Below, piece by piece: positions 36,154 through 46,409 of a DNA stretch of 52,965 bases. The position numbers were made by a program, and so were the translations under genes. Under the pieces are notes generated by a model. That model worked only from the letters and a program-made list of their open reading frames with translations, searched no databases and was not told where the DNA came from. Source of the stretch: a virus (taxonomy: Duplodnaviria > Caudoviricetes). The stretch is from positions 1 through 52,965 of IMG/VR virus record IMGVR_UViG_3300028743_000008; one strand, 5' to 3'. Position 1 is the stretch's first letter; each line of letters starts with the position of its first letter.

Positions 36154-36639
36154 ATGGAACCAATCAAAATTGAAGTTGAGATTAGTCTTAACTTAGGGAG
36201 CAACGCTGCCCAATTAGCGGAAGCCTTAATAGGCAAGTTTACAGGCAAAGGCATCTCTGCTACCGACCCAGAGATTGCGGGAAGTATTAACGCAACGACT
36301 GCCGTTAGCAATGCTCCTGAACCGTCAAAGGGTAGAACAAAGCGCTTAGCGCCACCCGTAGCCCCACCTCTCACTAAACCAGAGTCACCTAAGCCACAAG
36401 CTCCACAAGCTCCACAAGCTCCACAAGCTCCACAAGCCCCGAAGGATGAAGCGCAAGCGCCCGGACTCGATGCAGGATTCATTAATCTCGATCAATTGCG
36501 CGAAAAGATGAAGCCCTCCGTTTCGGTTCACCGTGAAGAGATCAGAAAGAAGCTGAATGATCTGGGTGCCGCTTCTGTATCGAAGTTGGCCGTCGAAAAA
36601 TATCCTGACTTCTACTCCTTTTTACAAGGCTTGGCATGA
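36154..36639 (+). CDS. Pro/Ala-rich linker protein of the APSE-like replication module
   Basis: PQA repeats and a C-terminal LGAASVSKL..EKY domain, in the usual position before DUF2800. Confidence 0.75.
   Translation: MEPIKIEVEISLNLGSNAAQLAEALIGKFTGKGISATDPEIAGSINATTAVSNAPEPSKGRTKRLAPPVAPPLTKPESPKPQAPQAPQAPQAPQAPKDEAQAPGLDAGFINLDQLREKMKPSVSVHREEIRKKLNDLGAASVSKLAVEKYPDFYSFLQGLA
36394..36438 (+). repeat. 9-bp coding tandem repeat (CCACAAGCT)x5 encoding PQA
   Basis: Directly visible; the last copy is CCACAAGCC. Confidence 0.95.
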
Positions 36640-37892
36640 CCAAAAGGAAGACGAAAATAACGGATAGTGTAGGAGTTCAGCAGGACCACAGTACCCGGCA
36701 GCATGCGATCTTAGCCGCTTCCTCAAGTAGCCGTTGGCTGAACTGCACTCCATCCGCTAGACTCGAGGCTGAAATGCCCGAGGGGGAAACCTCTAAGTAT
36801 GCCGAAGAAGGAACTTTAGCTCACGAACTGAATGAGTTGTTTGTACGAAATGACTTGCTGCATAACATATCGGCAGCCGACTTTAGCGCAAGTTTGGACC
36901 ATTTAATCAGTAACGATTTGTTTAAGGAGGAAATGAACGATTGCGCTTCAATTTACCTTACTTACCTTACTGAAAATCTAAATGAGGCTAAGATGCGGTC
37001 GAAATTTGCCCTCCTTTTGGTAGAGCAGAAACTAGACTTAACCGAGTACGTTCCCGAGTCCTTTGGAACCTCCGATGCCCTGATATTATCCGATGATCTA
37101 ATGGAGGTTATTGATTACAAGCATGGCAAGGGGATACCCGTCTACGCAAAGGATAATAATCAAATGATGCTCTATGCTCTGGGTGCTTTATTGGCCAATG
37201 AATTGGTATATGACATCCATCGAATACGAATGACCATCATTCAACCCAGACTTGATAATATCAGTTCCTGGGAGATTACGAAAGAGGATTTGATGAAATG
37301 GGCTAATGAAACGCTCAAGGACAGAGCGCAAATGGCCTTTAAAGGAGTCGGCATACAAGTATCCGGCGCATGGTGTAGATTTTGTAAGGTGAGAAACCGT
37401 TGTAAAGTTCTCGCAGATGAGCAGTTGCAGCTCACAAAGTATGAGTTCTCCCGGCCGGACCTTTTGACAGACGATGAGATTGCGGACATACTTAAGAGAG
37501 TTCCGATGCTACAAACTTGGGCTACGAGCATATTTGATTATGCCCTTGCAATGGCGGAGGACGCCGACAAAGAATGGCCTGGATTTAAGTTAGTGAATAA
37601 ACGATCTCGAAGGGTACTAACGAATGAAGAAGCCGCCATACAGCATATTCAGCAGATCAGACCGGATTTAACGGCGCAGGATTTATACAATCTTAAGCTT
37701 AAGTCCCTCACCGATCTCGAGAAGGTATTAGGCGGTAAGCCAACCTTCAATAAGGAAATGGCCCCTTACATTATTCAATCCGAACCGGGGCATACCCTAG
37801 TAAGTATTGACGACTCAAGACCCTCCGTCGGTTCTGGGTTGGAGCAAGCAAGACGGGATTTTACGGAACCAATAGACGCAGAAATATTATGA
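36636..37892 (+). CDS. Cas4-like PD-(D/E)xK exonuclease (DUF2800)
   Basis: WLNCTPS, EGTLAHE, FGTSD, VIDYKHG, QMMLYALG and WCRFC..C Fe-S ligands. Confidence 0.9.
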   Translation: MTKRKTKITDSVGVQQDHSTRQHAILAASSSSRWLNCTPSARLEAEMPEGETSKYAEEGTLAHELNELFVRNDLLHNISAADFSASLDHLISNDLFKEEMNDCASIYLTYLTENLNEAKMRSKFALLLVEQKLDLTEYVPESFGTSDALILSDDLMEVIDYKHGKGIPVYAKDNNQMMLYALGALLANELVYDIHRIRMTIIQPRLDNISSWEITKEDLMKWANETLKDRAQMAFKGVGIQVSGAWCRFCKVRNRCKVLADEQLQLTKYEFSRPDLLTDDEIADILKRVPMLQTWATSIFDYALAMAEDADKEWPGFKLVNKRSRRVLTNEEAAIQHIQQIRPDLTAQDLYNLKLKSLTDLEKVLGGKPTFNKEMAPYIIQSEPGHTLVSIDDSRPSVGSGLEQARRDFTEPIDAEIL

Positions 37893-38125
37893 AGAACGGA
37901 AAAGGATTAAGAGAGACGATGGGGAAACCTAAGTTAAAGGATTTTAGCTTTACAGCATTTTTTCATCCAGAGAAGGCCGGGCCAGAGTGTTTCAGAGATT
38001 TCACGGGGCACTTACATTATACCCAGAGAGCCAAAGCTATGAGACCAACCATTTTGGTCTATGACTCGAAAAGCAAACGGCCCGCCAGAAAGCATGCCGG
38101 AGGTTACGTTCCCCAGGCCAGATAA
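37889..38125 (+). CDS. Small basic hypothetical protein
   Basis: 78 aa; ATGA overlap. Confidence 0.55.
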   Translation: MKNGKGLRETMGKPKLKDFSFTAFFHPEKAGPECFRDFTGHLHYTQRAKAMRPTILVYDSKSKRPARKHAGGYVPQAR

Positions 38126-38159
38126 TAATTAAGTAATAACATTTTAATAAAGAAGAATC

Positions 38160-38723
38160 ATGGAAAGTTTCAACAGTACAAAAGTAGTAACAGGATTAGT
38201 ACGTATGTCTTATCCTAATGTTTTCAAAGCAACCGCGATGGAAGAAGGGCAAGACCCCAAATTCTCTATCTCTTTGATCATCCCTAAGAGTGATACGAGA
38301 ACCATCGAAAAGATCAAAAAAGCAATTGAACTTGCGATGGAGCAAGGTAAGGGATTACTTGAAAAGAATGGTAAACGCCTTCCTAAGATCAAGTATCCAC
38401 TAAAAGACGGAGACGAGGAAAAGCCGGACGACGAGGCTTATAAGAACTCATATTATCTTTCTGCAAGAAGCCAAAGACGACCTGACATTGTGGACGAGAG
38501 CGGGCAGCCGATCATGCAGGAGTCAGAGTTTTATGCGGGTTGTTATGGACGTGCCTCAGTGAACTTCTACGCATACAACTACAATAAGGTTTCTCCGGGT
38601 GTAGGATGCGGATTAGGAAATCTCCAAAAGCTGAAAGATGGTGAACCTTTAGCAGGGGGCTCATCCGCTGAGGAAGATTTCGCCGAGCCTTTTGAAGGCG
38701 GTGACGATGATTTACTAGATTAA
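38160..38723 (+). CDS. Single-stranded DNA-binding protein (DUF2815)
   Basis: VRMSYPNVF, PLKDGD, FYAGCYGRASVNFYAY, GLGNLQK and an acidic tail. Confidence 0.92.
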   Translation: MESFNSTKVVTGLVRMSYPNVFKATAMEEGQDPKFSISLIIPKSDTRTIEKIKKAIELAMEQGKGLLEKNGKRLPKIKYPLKDGDEEKPDDEAYKNSYYLSARSQRRPDIVDESGQPIMQESEFYAGCYGRASVNFYAYNYNKVSPGVGCGLGNLQKLKDGEPLAGGSSAEEDFAEPFEGGDDDLLD

Positions 38724-38729
38724 TGTTTT

Positions 38730-38761
38730 ATGGCCCAGGTTTTCTAATTTTCCTGGGCCAT
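38730..38761 (+). terminator. Hairpin between SSB and polymerase (attenuator or processing site)
   Basis: ATGGCCCAGG...CCTGGGCCAT 10-bp stem; little U tract. Confidence 0.55.
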
Positions 38762-38777
38762 TAACTCTTAAACAGAT

Positions 38778-40778
38778 ATGTATAAAGACCTTTTTATTGA
38801 TGTTGAAACCTTCTCGTCCGTAGACTTAGGCGACTGTGGAATGCACAAGTATGTCGAATCGAAAGACTTTCAGATACTTATTATAGGCTATGCCTTTGAC
38901 GACGAACCTGTAATAACTATTGATTTGTCCCGAGGGGACAAAATGCCCGAAGAATTTACGGATGCCCTGTACAACCCGGACATAAGAAAGAATGCGTTTA
39001 ATGCCGCCTTTGAGCGAAATTGCTTCCGTCGTATTGGAATGGATATACCCATATACGATTGGTTTTGCACGATGGTAATGTCCGCTTACTGCGGCCTTCC
39101 GCTAAAGTTGGATACCGTATCTAGGATTCTTAACATAAAGGATAAGAAGCTCGCTACGGGTAAGGCCCTCATCAAGTATTTCTCATGTCCCTGTAAGCCA
39201 ACAAAAGTAAATGGAATGCGTACTAGAAATTACGCAAGCGATGATCCAGAAAAATGGGAAATGTATAAAGAGTACAATGTTTACGATGTTCTGTCTGAAA
39301 GAGAGATTCACAGACGTTTGGAAAAGTATTACACTATAACTCCTTTTGAAAGAAGTCTTTACATCCTTGACCAGACTATAAATGATCGGGGAATCTTAAT
39401 TGATAAGACCCTGGCTAAAGGAGCCGTTCTTGCGGATCAGGGATACACGGAAAGATTGCTCGAAGAAAGTAGGAGATTGTCAGGACTAGACAATCCTAAC
39501 TCTGTAGCTCAGTTAAAAACCTTCGTTCAGAACGAGCTAAACAGAGCGAAAGACATAAACGATCCTAATATCGTTCTCGGCTCGTTGGATAAGGAACAAG
39601 TGAAAGAGTTGCTCAAGAAACCGGAGGTTAAAGCTAATTCTCGATTAAATACCGTTTTAAGTAACCGTTTGGGCCTGGGAAAAAGCAGTATCAAAAAGTA
39701 TTATACGATGCTTAATGCGGCCTGCGAAGATGGTAGAGGGAGAGGATTCTTTCAATTCTACGGAGCTAATAGAACAGGGCGTTGGGCAGGAAGACTTCTT
39801 CAATTACAAAACCTAGCAAAAAACCATTTACCCGATCTCGAATATTTTAGAAGTTTGATTCGATCGGGTGATTGGGAAACGTTAGAACTATTCTACGGAG
39901 ATGTCGCTGATATTTTGTCTCAACTTGTGAGAACGGGATTAGTTGCTCCCGAGGGAATGGTCTTTTCCATAGCCGATTTCTCTGCAATTGAGGCCCGGGT
40001 CATATCATGGCTGGCTAACGAAGAATGGCGTTTGGAAGTGTTCAAAGGCGACGGTCGAATATACGAGGCTACAGGCGCCCGTATCTTTGGCGTGCCAATC
40101 GAACTAGTAACCAAAGGCTCGGAGTATCGGGCAAAGGCTAAGATTGCCGAGTTGGCCCTGGGCTATGAAGGCGCTTTAGGCGCAATGAAAAGAATGGGCG
40201 GAGAAAAGATGGGACTATCCGATGCTGAAATGATGGGCGTTGTACATAAGTGGCGAAAGGCCAATCCGAGAGTAGTCGCTCTTTGGCGAGAGTTAGAGTC
40301 CGCCGCTCACGATTCGGTCAAGTATAATCGAAAGAATATAGTTACTTGTAGAAACATTGAGTTTGATTGCGACGGCGAATATATGACAATAAAATTACCT
40401 TCGGGGAGAAGACTATTTTATAAGGGCCCTCGAATCGCGCCAAAAGGTACTAGAGAATCTCTTTTCTATTGGGGCATGAGTATGGAAACTCACCAATGGG
40501 GTGAAGTAGAAACTTATGGGGGCAAGCTTACTGAGAACATAGTCCAGGCTATTGCAAGGGACCTTATCGGGTATTCGATGCTTCAATTAGAGGAACACAA
40601 CTATCCCATTACCATGCACGTACATGATGAGGCTATTGCCGAAGTACCGAAGGACGGAAATGAGGATAAATACCTTGAGAATATGATAATTCTAATGAGG
40701 AGATCGCCCGAATGGGCTAGAGACCTTCCCTTGAATGCCGACGGCTTCATCACGCCTTTCTATAGAAAGGATGATTAA
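38778..40778 (+). CDS. polA: Phage DNA polymerase, family A, with 3'-5' exonuclease
   Basis: IDVETFS ExoI, FNAAFE ExoII, RTGRWAG, DFSAIEARV motif A, RAKAKIAELALGY motif B, HVHDE motif C. Confidence 0.95.
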   Translation: MYKDLFIDVETFSSVDLGDCGMHKYVESKDFQILIIGYAFDDEPVITIDLSRGDKMPEEFTDALYNPDIRKNAFNAAFERNCFRRIGMDIPIYDWFCTMVMSAYCGLPLKLDTVSRILNIKDKKLATGKALIKYFSCPCKPTKVNGMRTRNYASDDPEKWEMYKEYNVYDVLSEREIHRRLEKYYTITPFERSLYILDQTINDRGILIDKTLAKGAVLADQGYTERLLEESRRLSGLDNPNSVAQLKTFVQNELNRAKDINDPNIVLGSLDKEQVKELLKKPEVKANSRLNTVLSNRLGLGKSSIKKYYTMLNAACEDGRGRGFFQFYGANRTGRWAGRLLQLQNLAKNHLPDLEYFRSLIRSGDWETLELFYGDVADILSQLVRTGLVAPEGMVFSIADFSAIEARVISWLANEEWRLEVFKGDGRIYEATGARIFGVPIELVTKGSEYRAKAKIAELALGYEGALGAMKRMGGEKMGLSDAEMMGVVHKWRKANPRVVALWRELESAAHDSVKYNRKNIVTCRNIEFDCDGEYMTIKLPSGRRLFYKGPRIAPKGTRESLFYWGMSMETHQWGEVETYGGKLTENIVQAIARDLIGYSMLQLEEHNYPITMHVHDEAIAEVPKDGNEDKYLENMIILMRRSPEWARDLPLNADGFITPFYRKDD

Positions 40779-40795
40779 ATAATAAATATTATACT

Positions 40796-40803
40796 TATAT
40801 TTG
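40796..40803 (+). promoter_or_regulatory. Bacteroidota -7 element ahead of the primase gene
   Basis: TATATTTG in the intergenic gap. Confidence 0.5.
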
Positions 40804-40832
40804 TCCCCCGATGGAACTAAAAACAAAATCAA

Positions 40833-43217
40833 ATGATTGACGGATTAATAAATATAGCTACGGGTCTGAGTGCCAGCAGCAAAATATGGCGGAACAAAGC
40901 TGTGAAATGGTCTTCCCTAGTAGACAAATTAATGAGGGAGACTAAGACTACCGAAACATATAGCCAATTCATGTCGGCGTCAAAGGCTGATCAAAGTAGG
41001 GCTAAGGATTTAGGCGGTTTCGTCGGAGGATTTCTGGCCAACGGTAACAGATCGAAAAAATCGGTGCTGTATAGACAAGTGGTAACACTTGATGCCGATT
41101 TCTCCTACGCCGATTTCTGGTGGGACTTTACGAATCTGTTTGACTGCGCCGCGGTTATTCACTCGACTCACAAATCTTGTCCCGAGAAGCCTAGGCATCG
41201 TCTTATACTCCCCCTGTCTCGCGAAGTAACCCCCGAGGAATATCAAGCTATCTCCCGAAAAATAGCGGGGGATTTGAATATCAATATCTTTGACCCTACG
41301 ACTTTTGAACCCGAGAGACTTATGTTTTGGCCCTCTGTTTCGTCGGATATGGACTTATATACAGAGGTACAAGACGGACCTTGGCTTGATGCTGATAGTA
41401 TTCTGAAAACCTATACGGATTGGCACGATATGTCGGAATGGCCTATTAATGAGGGACACGATAAGGTTATACGAAATGATATTCAGAAACAGGAAGACCC
41501 GGAGGAAAAGAAGGGCGTTGTTGGAACTTTCTGTAGGGCATATAATATAAATGAAGCTATTGAGAAGTTTTTACCCGACGTCTACGAAGAGGCAGGCCCG
41601 GAGAGATACACCTATCTTAAGGGATCGACAGCCGCCGGACTTATTACCTACGACGACAAGTTCGCTTATTCGCACCACAGTACTGATCCCGCGGGGAATC
41701 AATTATGTAATGCTTTTGATCTGGTACGTATACACAAGTTCGGTCATTTGGATACGGGTAATGAAAAGAACGAGCAAGGCCGTAGGAGTTACAAAGCGAT
41801 GGAAGAGTTTGCTACGAAAGACCCGGCCACAAAGAAGAAAATAGCCTCCGAGAGATTGGCCGAAGCCCGCTTCGACTTTGCCGAAGGAATCGAGGACGTT
41901 GAGGTAACAGAAGAAGATACCACCTGGATGGAACAGCTAGATGCTAATACTAAAGGTGAATACGAAAACACGGCTAATAACATAGGACTTATTATCGCGA
42001 ACGATAAACGCCTAAAGGACGCCTTTATGTTGAACTCCTTTGATTGTAAGAGATATGTTCTTAAGTCCTTGCCCTGGCGAAAGATAGATTCACCAGAGAC
42101 CTTAAGGGATGTCGATTTAGCGGGGATGAGAAATTATATCGAGTGTATATACGGAATCGTTTCATCCTCTAAGATTGACGACTCCTGGGCACTTGAGTTC
42201 GAGAAGAAAAGTGTACATCCAATAAAGGAGTATCTTTCAGGGCTTGAGTGGGATGGCGTAGCCAGAATAAATACCCTTTTGGTAGATTACTTCGGTGCTG
42301 AGGATAACGCTTATACTCGTGCGGCTATTAGAAAACCCTTATGTGGGGCAGTGGCCAGAATCTTTAATCCCGGAACTAAGTTTGATCTGGTACTTACTTT
42401 AATCGGTGACCAGGGAACTTATAAAAGTACATTTGTTAAAAAACTCGGAAGACAATGGTTTTCTGATACTTTCATTACGGTCCAGGGGACACAGGCCTTT
42501 GAGCAACTTCGTGGGGCCTGGATTATAGAGATCGCCGAGCTCTCCGGTCTTAAGAAAGCAGAGGTAGAAACTACTAAGCAGTTCATATCGAAATGTGAGG
42601 ATATGTATCGACCCGCTTACGGCCACATTACCGAGACTTTTAAGAGGCAATGCGTCTTCTTTGGTACAACTAATAACAAGGACTTCTTACGTGACCCAAC
42701 GGGGAACAGACGCTTCATGCCTATCGACGTTCGGAACGAGTCTATCAAGAAGTCCGTAGTAGAGGACATGACTCCCGAGGAAGTTGACCAGATATGGGCT
42801 GAGGCAGTACAGATGTACAAAGCCGGGGAAAGATTATACCTCACGGGTGAAGAAGAGATTATCGCTCGTAAAGAACAGCACATGCACGCTGAGTCCGACG
42901 AAAGAAAGGGATTAATAGAGCATTACCTTGATACCCTTCTTCCAGAAGATTGGGACTCATTAGACCTAATTGAGAGACAATTATTCCTTGACGATCCCAT
43001 AGCAAAACTTGGCTCGGTAGAGAGAACAAGAGTGTGCGTTCCCGAGATATGGTGTGAATGCCTAGGCAAAGATAAAACCGACATGTCCCGCTATAACACG
43101 AGAGATATTAACGAGATACTTAAGTCGCTAGGCGATTGGGAATCGGTGATGTCGACTAAGAACTTTCCGCTCTACGGGAAACAGAAGTATTATATTAGAA
43201 AAGACAGTTTATTATGA
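40833..43217 (+). CDS. Primase-helicase: N-terminal primase-polymerase domain plus VirE/VapE-type P-loop domain
   Basis: LDAD, HSTHK and PRHRLILPL primase motifs; GDQGTYKS Walker A, IIEIAE Walker B, FGTTN, TGNRRF. Confidence 0.9.
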   Translation: MIDGLINIATGLSASSKIWRNKAVKWSSLVDKLMRETKTTETYSQFMSASKADQSRAKDLGGFVGGFLANGNRSKKSVLYRQVVTLDADFSYADFWWDFTNLFDCAAVIHSTHKSCPEKPRHRLILPLSREVTPEEYQAISRKIAGDLNINIFDPTTFEPERLMFWPSVSSDMDLYTEVQDGPWLDADSILKTYTDWHDMSEWPINEGHDKVIRNDIQKQEDPEEKKGVVGTFCRAYNINEAIEKFLPDVYEEAGPERYTYLKGSTAAGLITYDDKFAYSHHSTDPAGNQLCNAFDLVRIHKFGHLDTGNEKNEQGRRSYKAMEEFATKDPATKKKIASERLAEARFDFAEGIEDVEVTEEDTTWMEQLDANTKGEYENTANNIGLIIANDKRLKDAFMLNSFDCKRYVLKSLPWRKIDSPETLRDVDLAGMRNYIECIYGIVSSSKIDDSWALEFEKKSVHPIKEYLSGLEWDGVARINTLLVDYFGAEDNAYTRAAIRKPLCGAVARIFNPGTKFDLVLTLIGDQGTYKSTFVKKLGRQWFSDTFITVQGTQAFEQLRGAWIIEIAELSGLKKAEVETTKQFISKCEDMYRPAYGHITETFKRQCVFFGTTNNKDFLRDPTGNRRFMPIDVRNESIKKSVVEDMTPEEVDQIWAEAVQMYKAGERLYLTGEEEIIARKEQHMHAESDERKGLIEHYLDTLLPEDWDSLDLIERQLFLDDPIAKLGSVERTRVCVPEIWCECLGKDKTDMSRYNTRDINEILKSLGDWESVMSTKNFPLYGKQKYYIRKDSLL

Positions 43218-43405
43218 ATGAGAAAAGGATACGAGTATTAGGTGCCATTCTTGCATACGAGGACGGTAGACGCATATACGACAGATTAGGTATATCCATT
43301 AAGGAGGTCGAAAAAGATGCGCTCAGACGAAAATTAGAAAGGACTTACCTTTGCAAAAGAGCTCATTTAGTTTACTTGGAACATAATGATGAAGACAATG
43401 GATAA
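43214..43405 (+). CDS. Small hypothetical protein
   Basis: 63 aa; ATGA overlap. Confidence 0.55.
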   Translation: MNEKRIRVLGAILAYEDGRRIYDRLGISIKEVEKDALRRKLERTYLCKRAHLVYLEHNDEDNG

Positions 43406-43697
43406 GACAAGCGAAAAATATATAGAGAGACATTTAGTTGAGGACATGAAGATTAGATGTCATGGCATGTGCTTAAAGCTATCGGCGGAATATGTATCGG
43501 GCCTTCCCGATCGGGTTTGCCTATTTCCTAAAGGACAACTTGCCTTTGTGGAGCTTAAGACTACGGGAAAAAAGCCTCGAAGATTGCAGGAAGTTATACA
43601 TCAACGCCTTCGGGAATTAGGCTTCCGGGTAGAGGTAATTGACTCTGTAGAAGGAGTCGACAAACTGATGGACGAATTTTCTGATATACCTTTTTAA
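43386..43697 (+). CDS. VRR-NUC domain nuclease
   Basis: SEKYIE, GLPDR, FVELK and PRRLQ motifs. Confidence 0.9.
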   Translation: MMKTMDKTSEKYIERHLVEDMKIRCHGMCLKLSAEYVSGLPDRVCLFPKGQLAFVELKTTGKKPRRLQEVIHQRLRELGFRVEVIDSVEGVDKLMDEFSDIPF

Positions 43698-43699
43698 TC

Positions 43700-45085
43700 A
43701 TGAAGGAATCAGATTTACATGCTTATCAGAAAAAAGGAGTAGAGCATATCATAAACAATCCTTACTGTGGCTTGTTTCTTGATATGGGTCTGGGTAAGAC
43801 AGTTACTACTCTTACGGCTATCGAGAAGCTGATGTATGACTACCTTGAGGTAGAGTCCGTGCTTATAGTAGCACCAAAACGCGTGGTTCAGACTGTTTGG
43901 GCAGAGGAATGCTCAAATTGGGATCATTTGAACCATCTCAGTGTTGTGAAGATCGTAGGATCGGAGAGACAGAGAATCGCGGCTTACATGATAAAAGCTG
44001 ATATACACATCATATCGAGGGACAATTTAACCTGGCTCTGTGCCTATTGCGGATCGGTTCTTCCTTACGACATGATCGTTATTGATGAGCTAAGTTCCTT
44101 TAAATCACATAAATCACAGCGCTTCAAAGCGATGAGACTGATAAGGTCTTCGGCTAAAAGACTAGTGGGACTTACGGGTACTCCGGCGCCCAATGGCTTA
44201 ATTGATCTCTGGCCTCAGGTTTATCTAATGGATAAGGGCGAGCGCCTCGAAAAAACGATCACTAAATACCGAGAAAGGTACTTCACGCCGGGACAAACTA
44301 AAGGGCATATCGTGTACAACTATAGGCTCAATAAGGAGTCGGACGAAATGATTCACGAGAAGATCGAGGATATATGTATTAGCATGAAGTCGGAGGACTA
44401 TTTGGATATGCCGGAAAGAACGGATAACTATATTAAACTCGAGATGCCGGAGGCACTTAGGCATCAATACTTAGACTTCGAAAAGAATAAAGTTCTTGAG
44501 TTAGTTAGTGGCGTAGGCCCGGATAATGAGATCACCGTTCTCAATGCCGCAGCGCTATCTAATAAATTGCTACAGTTTGCCAACGGGGCGGTGTATGACG
44601 AGAACGGAGGCGTTCATGCGGTGCACGACATAAAGCTCGAGGCTCTGGAAGAAATAATAGAAGACGCTAACGGTAAGTCGGTTCTTGTCGCCTGGACCTT
44701 TAGACATGATCGCGACAGGATCATGGAGTATCTTAAAAAGTACAAACCGAGAGAACTTAAGACCGAGGTAGATATTAAGGAGTGGAACGAAGGTAAGATA
44801 CAGGTCCTATTAGCTCACCCGGCTTCCGCGGGGCACGGCCTTAATCTACAGTTCGGAGGTAGTATGATAGTTTGGTACGGTCAAACGTACAGTCTTGAGC
44901 TCTATCAGCAGTTTAATGGTAGGCTCTTTAGACAGGGGCAAAAGTTGCCTGTAGTAATCAATCACTTGTTGCTTAAGGGCACTCATGATGAGGACGTTAT
45001 AAAGTCCTTGCAGTCTAAGGACCGAGTGCAAGACGGACTCATGAACAGCATAAAAGCAAAAATCGACAAGTACATCAAGCGTTAA
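43700..45085 (+). CDS. SNF2-family helicase
   Basis: LDMGLGKT, VIDELS, GLTGTP, SAGHGLNLQ and QFNGRLFRQGQ motifs. Confidence 0.93.
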   Translation: MKESDLHAYQKKGVEHIINNPYCGLFLDMGLGKTVTTLTAIEKLMYDYLEVESVLIVAPKRVVQTVWAEECSNWDHLNHLSVVKIVGSERQRIAAYMIKADIHIISRDNLTWLCAYCGSVLPYDMIVIDELSSFKSHKSQRFKAMRLIRSSAKRLVGLTGTPAPNGLIDLWPQVYLMDKGERLEKTITKYRERYFTPGQTKGHIVYNYRLNKESDEMIHEKIEDICISMKSEDYLDMPERTDNYIKLEMPEALRHQYLDFEKNKVLELVSGVGPDNEITVLNAAALSNKLLQFANGAVYDENGGVHAVHDIKLEALEEIIEDANGKSVLVAWTFRHDRDRIMEYLKKYKPRELKTEVDIKEWNEGKIQVLLAHPASAGHGLNLQFGGSMIVWYGQTYSLELYQQFNGRLFRQGQKLPVVINHLLLKGTHDEDVIKSLQSKDRVQDGLMNSIKAKIDKYIKR

Positions 45086-45120
45086 TTAAAGTTAAGGATT
45101 TAAGAATAAATGCCGATAAA

Positions 45121-45152
45121 TTTGCGGGAACCGAAACAACGTATTATATTTG
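45121..45152 (+). promoter_or_regulatory. Bacteroidota primary-sigma promoter
   Basis: TTTG (45121-45124), 20 nt spacer, TATATTTG (45145-45152). Confidence 0.8.
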
Positions 45153-45184
45153 TTGCAGTAATAAATTAATAAACATAGAAAATC

Positions 45185-45487
45185 ATGGTAGTAGAATTAA
45201 ACATCGAAAAAGATCAGGACCTAAGGGCCTATGTAAAGAACTTAGTCAAGGGGCAAGTAACCTCCCTTCTCAGATCAGAAATAAGGGACATAATCAGAGA
45301 CGCCCTATCCAACATGTCTCCGGTATCAAACAGAGACGCTCTTGAGAAAATGTGTCAGGCGACCATGAAGGATACGATTCATAAAGAACTATTTGAAAGT
45401 GCCCGTTATGGGGATTATTCTCCCGCGCAAATAGCTTTGAACGAAGCTATTAAGGAAGCGTTAAAAGAACTCATCCTAAAAAAGTAA
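45185..45487 (+). CDS. Hypothetical protein
   Basis: 100 aa after the promoter. Confidence 0.7.
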   Translation: MVVELNIEKDQDLRAYVKNLVKGQVTSLLRSEIRDIIRDALSNMSPVSNRDALEKMCQATMKDTIHKELFESARYGDYSPAQIALNEAIKEALKELILKK

Positions 45488-45491
45488 GAAC

Positions 45492-45884
45492 ATGGTGGAA
45501 GTAGACATTCAAACGGGGGGTCACAAGTGGGTAAAGCAAAACACGGTGACCATAATCAAAGGAAAAAAGAGCTATGATCTCCCTAAGTGTGAGGTCTGTG
45601 GGGCCGTAGGAAAACGAATTAGGTTAGATACAGTTACATTAACTGAAAAAGAGTTCGAGAGACATGCAATCTGCAAAGGTTTCGTAGCAAGAAAGAAAAT
45701 GGCTATTACTTTATGTCACGCCCAGGGCGAAGAGTTTGAGTCAATGACTCCCGGAAGCGAGCACAATATTATTGATCCGCCGCAAGGTGGTACTCGGGTA
45801 AGGGGCGAATGGACTATGGGAAAGACCGAACCCGTTCTTATCCTATTTGATGAGTTCAGATACACCGACGAAAAGCCTTTATAA
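45492..45884 (+). CDS. Hypothetical protein with possible Zn-ribbon
   Basis: GHKW..CEVCG..C motif. Confidence 0.7.
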   Translation: MVEVDIQTGGHKWVKQNTVTIIKGKKSYDLPKCEVCGAVGKRIRLDTVTLTEKEFERHAICKGFVARKKMAITLCHAQGEEFESMTPGSEHNIIDPPQGGTRVRGEWTMGKTEPVLILFDEFRYTDEKPL

Positions 45885-45887
45885 ACT

Positions 45888-46409
45888 ATGGACTACTTTA
45901 AAATATTCAGTGATTACACAAGGCTAAAGCTTTCCGGGGACACCCTTTGGCGAAGCAATATGGTTAAGGCCGTTGCGGGCCATGTGTCTAGCGCTACCGT
46001 AGATAATTATCTCAGGCTGGCGTTACAAGCCGGGTATATAAAGAAACTGTCCCACGGCAAATATCAGCTAATCAAGCCCCTCTCGAAGGATATGACACGT
46101 AGCACACTTCGCTTCGAAGCAAGAAACGGCAAGCCGCAAGTTAATTATTACGGCAAGGTGATCGAGTTCTTAAAGAGTAAAAGACTAGGTGAAGCGTTCA
46201 CCTTTGCAGAACTCAGCCATTTGGAGCCCGTGCCTAAGAGCACAATACGACACTACATAAGCCTTCTTAATACAAGAGGCTATATTATTAAACTGTACAA
46301 TACGACCTATCGAGTCGAGAAACTAATAACGGATAAACGCTTCGGAGTTCGTAAGATCAGAAGCAAAGAAGTAATATATAAACATAATAAAAGAGTAGAT
46401 CATGAATAA
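45888..46409 (+). CDS. Tandem winged-helix DNA-binding protein
   Basis: Two similar units: SATVDNYLRLALQAGYIKKLSHGKYQLIK and KSTIRHYISLLNTRGYIIKLYNTTYRVEK. Confidence 0.7.
   Translation: MDYFKIFSDYTRLKLSGDTLWRSNMVKAVAGHVSSATVDNYLRLALQAGYIKKLSHGKYQLIKPLSKDMTRSTLRFEARNGKPQVNYYGKVIEFLKSKRLGEAFTFAELSHLEPVPKSTIRHYISLLNTRGYIIKLYNTTYRVEKLITDKRFGVRKIRSKEVIYKHNKRVDHE

Noticed and set aside
36072-36482. Minus-strand ORF with GAC repeats (GACGACGAC)
   Set aside because: Antisense shadow of the PQA tandem repeat
38778-45085. Introns, inteins or homing endonucleases in polymerase, primase, helicase or terminase
   Set aside because: Protein lengths are ordinary, motifs are contiguous, and no intein splice motifs or HNH/LAGLIDADG ORFs were seen
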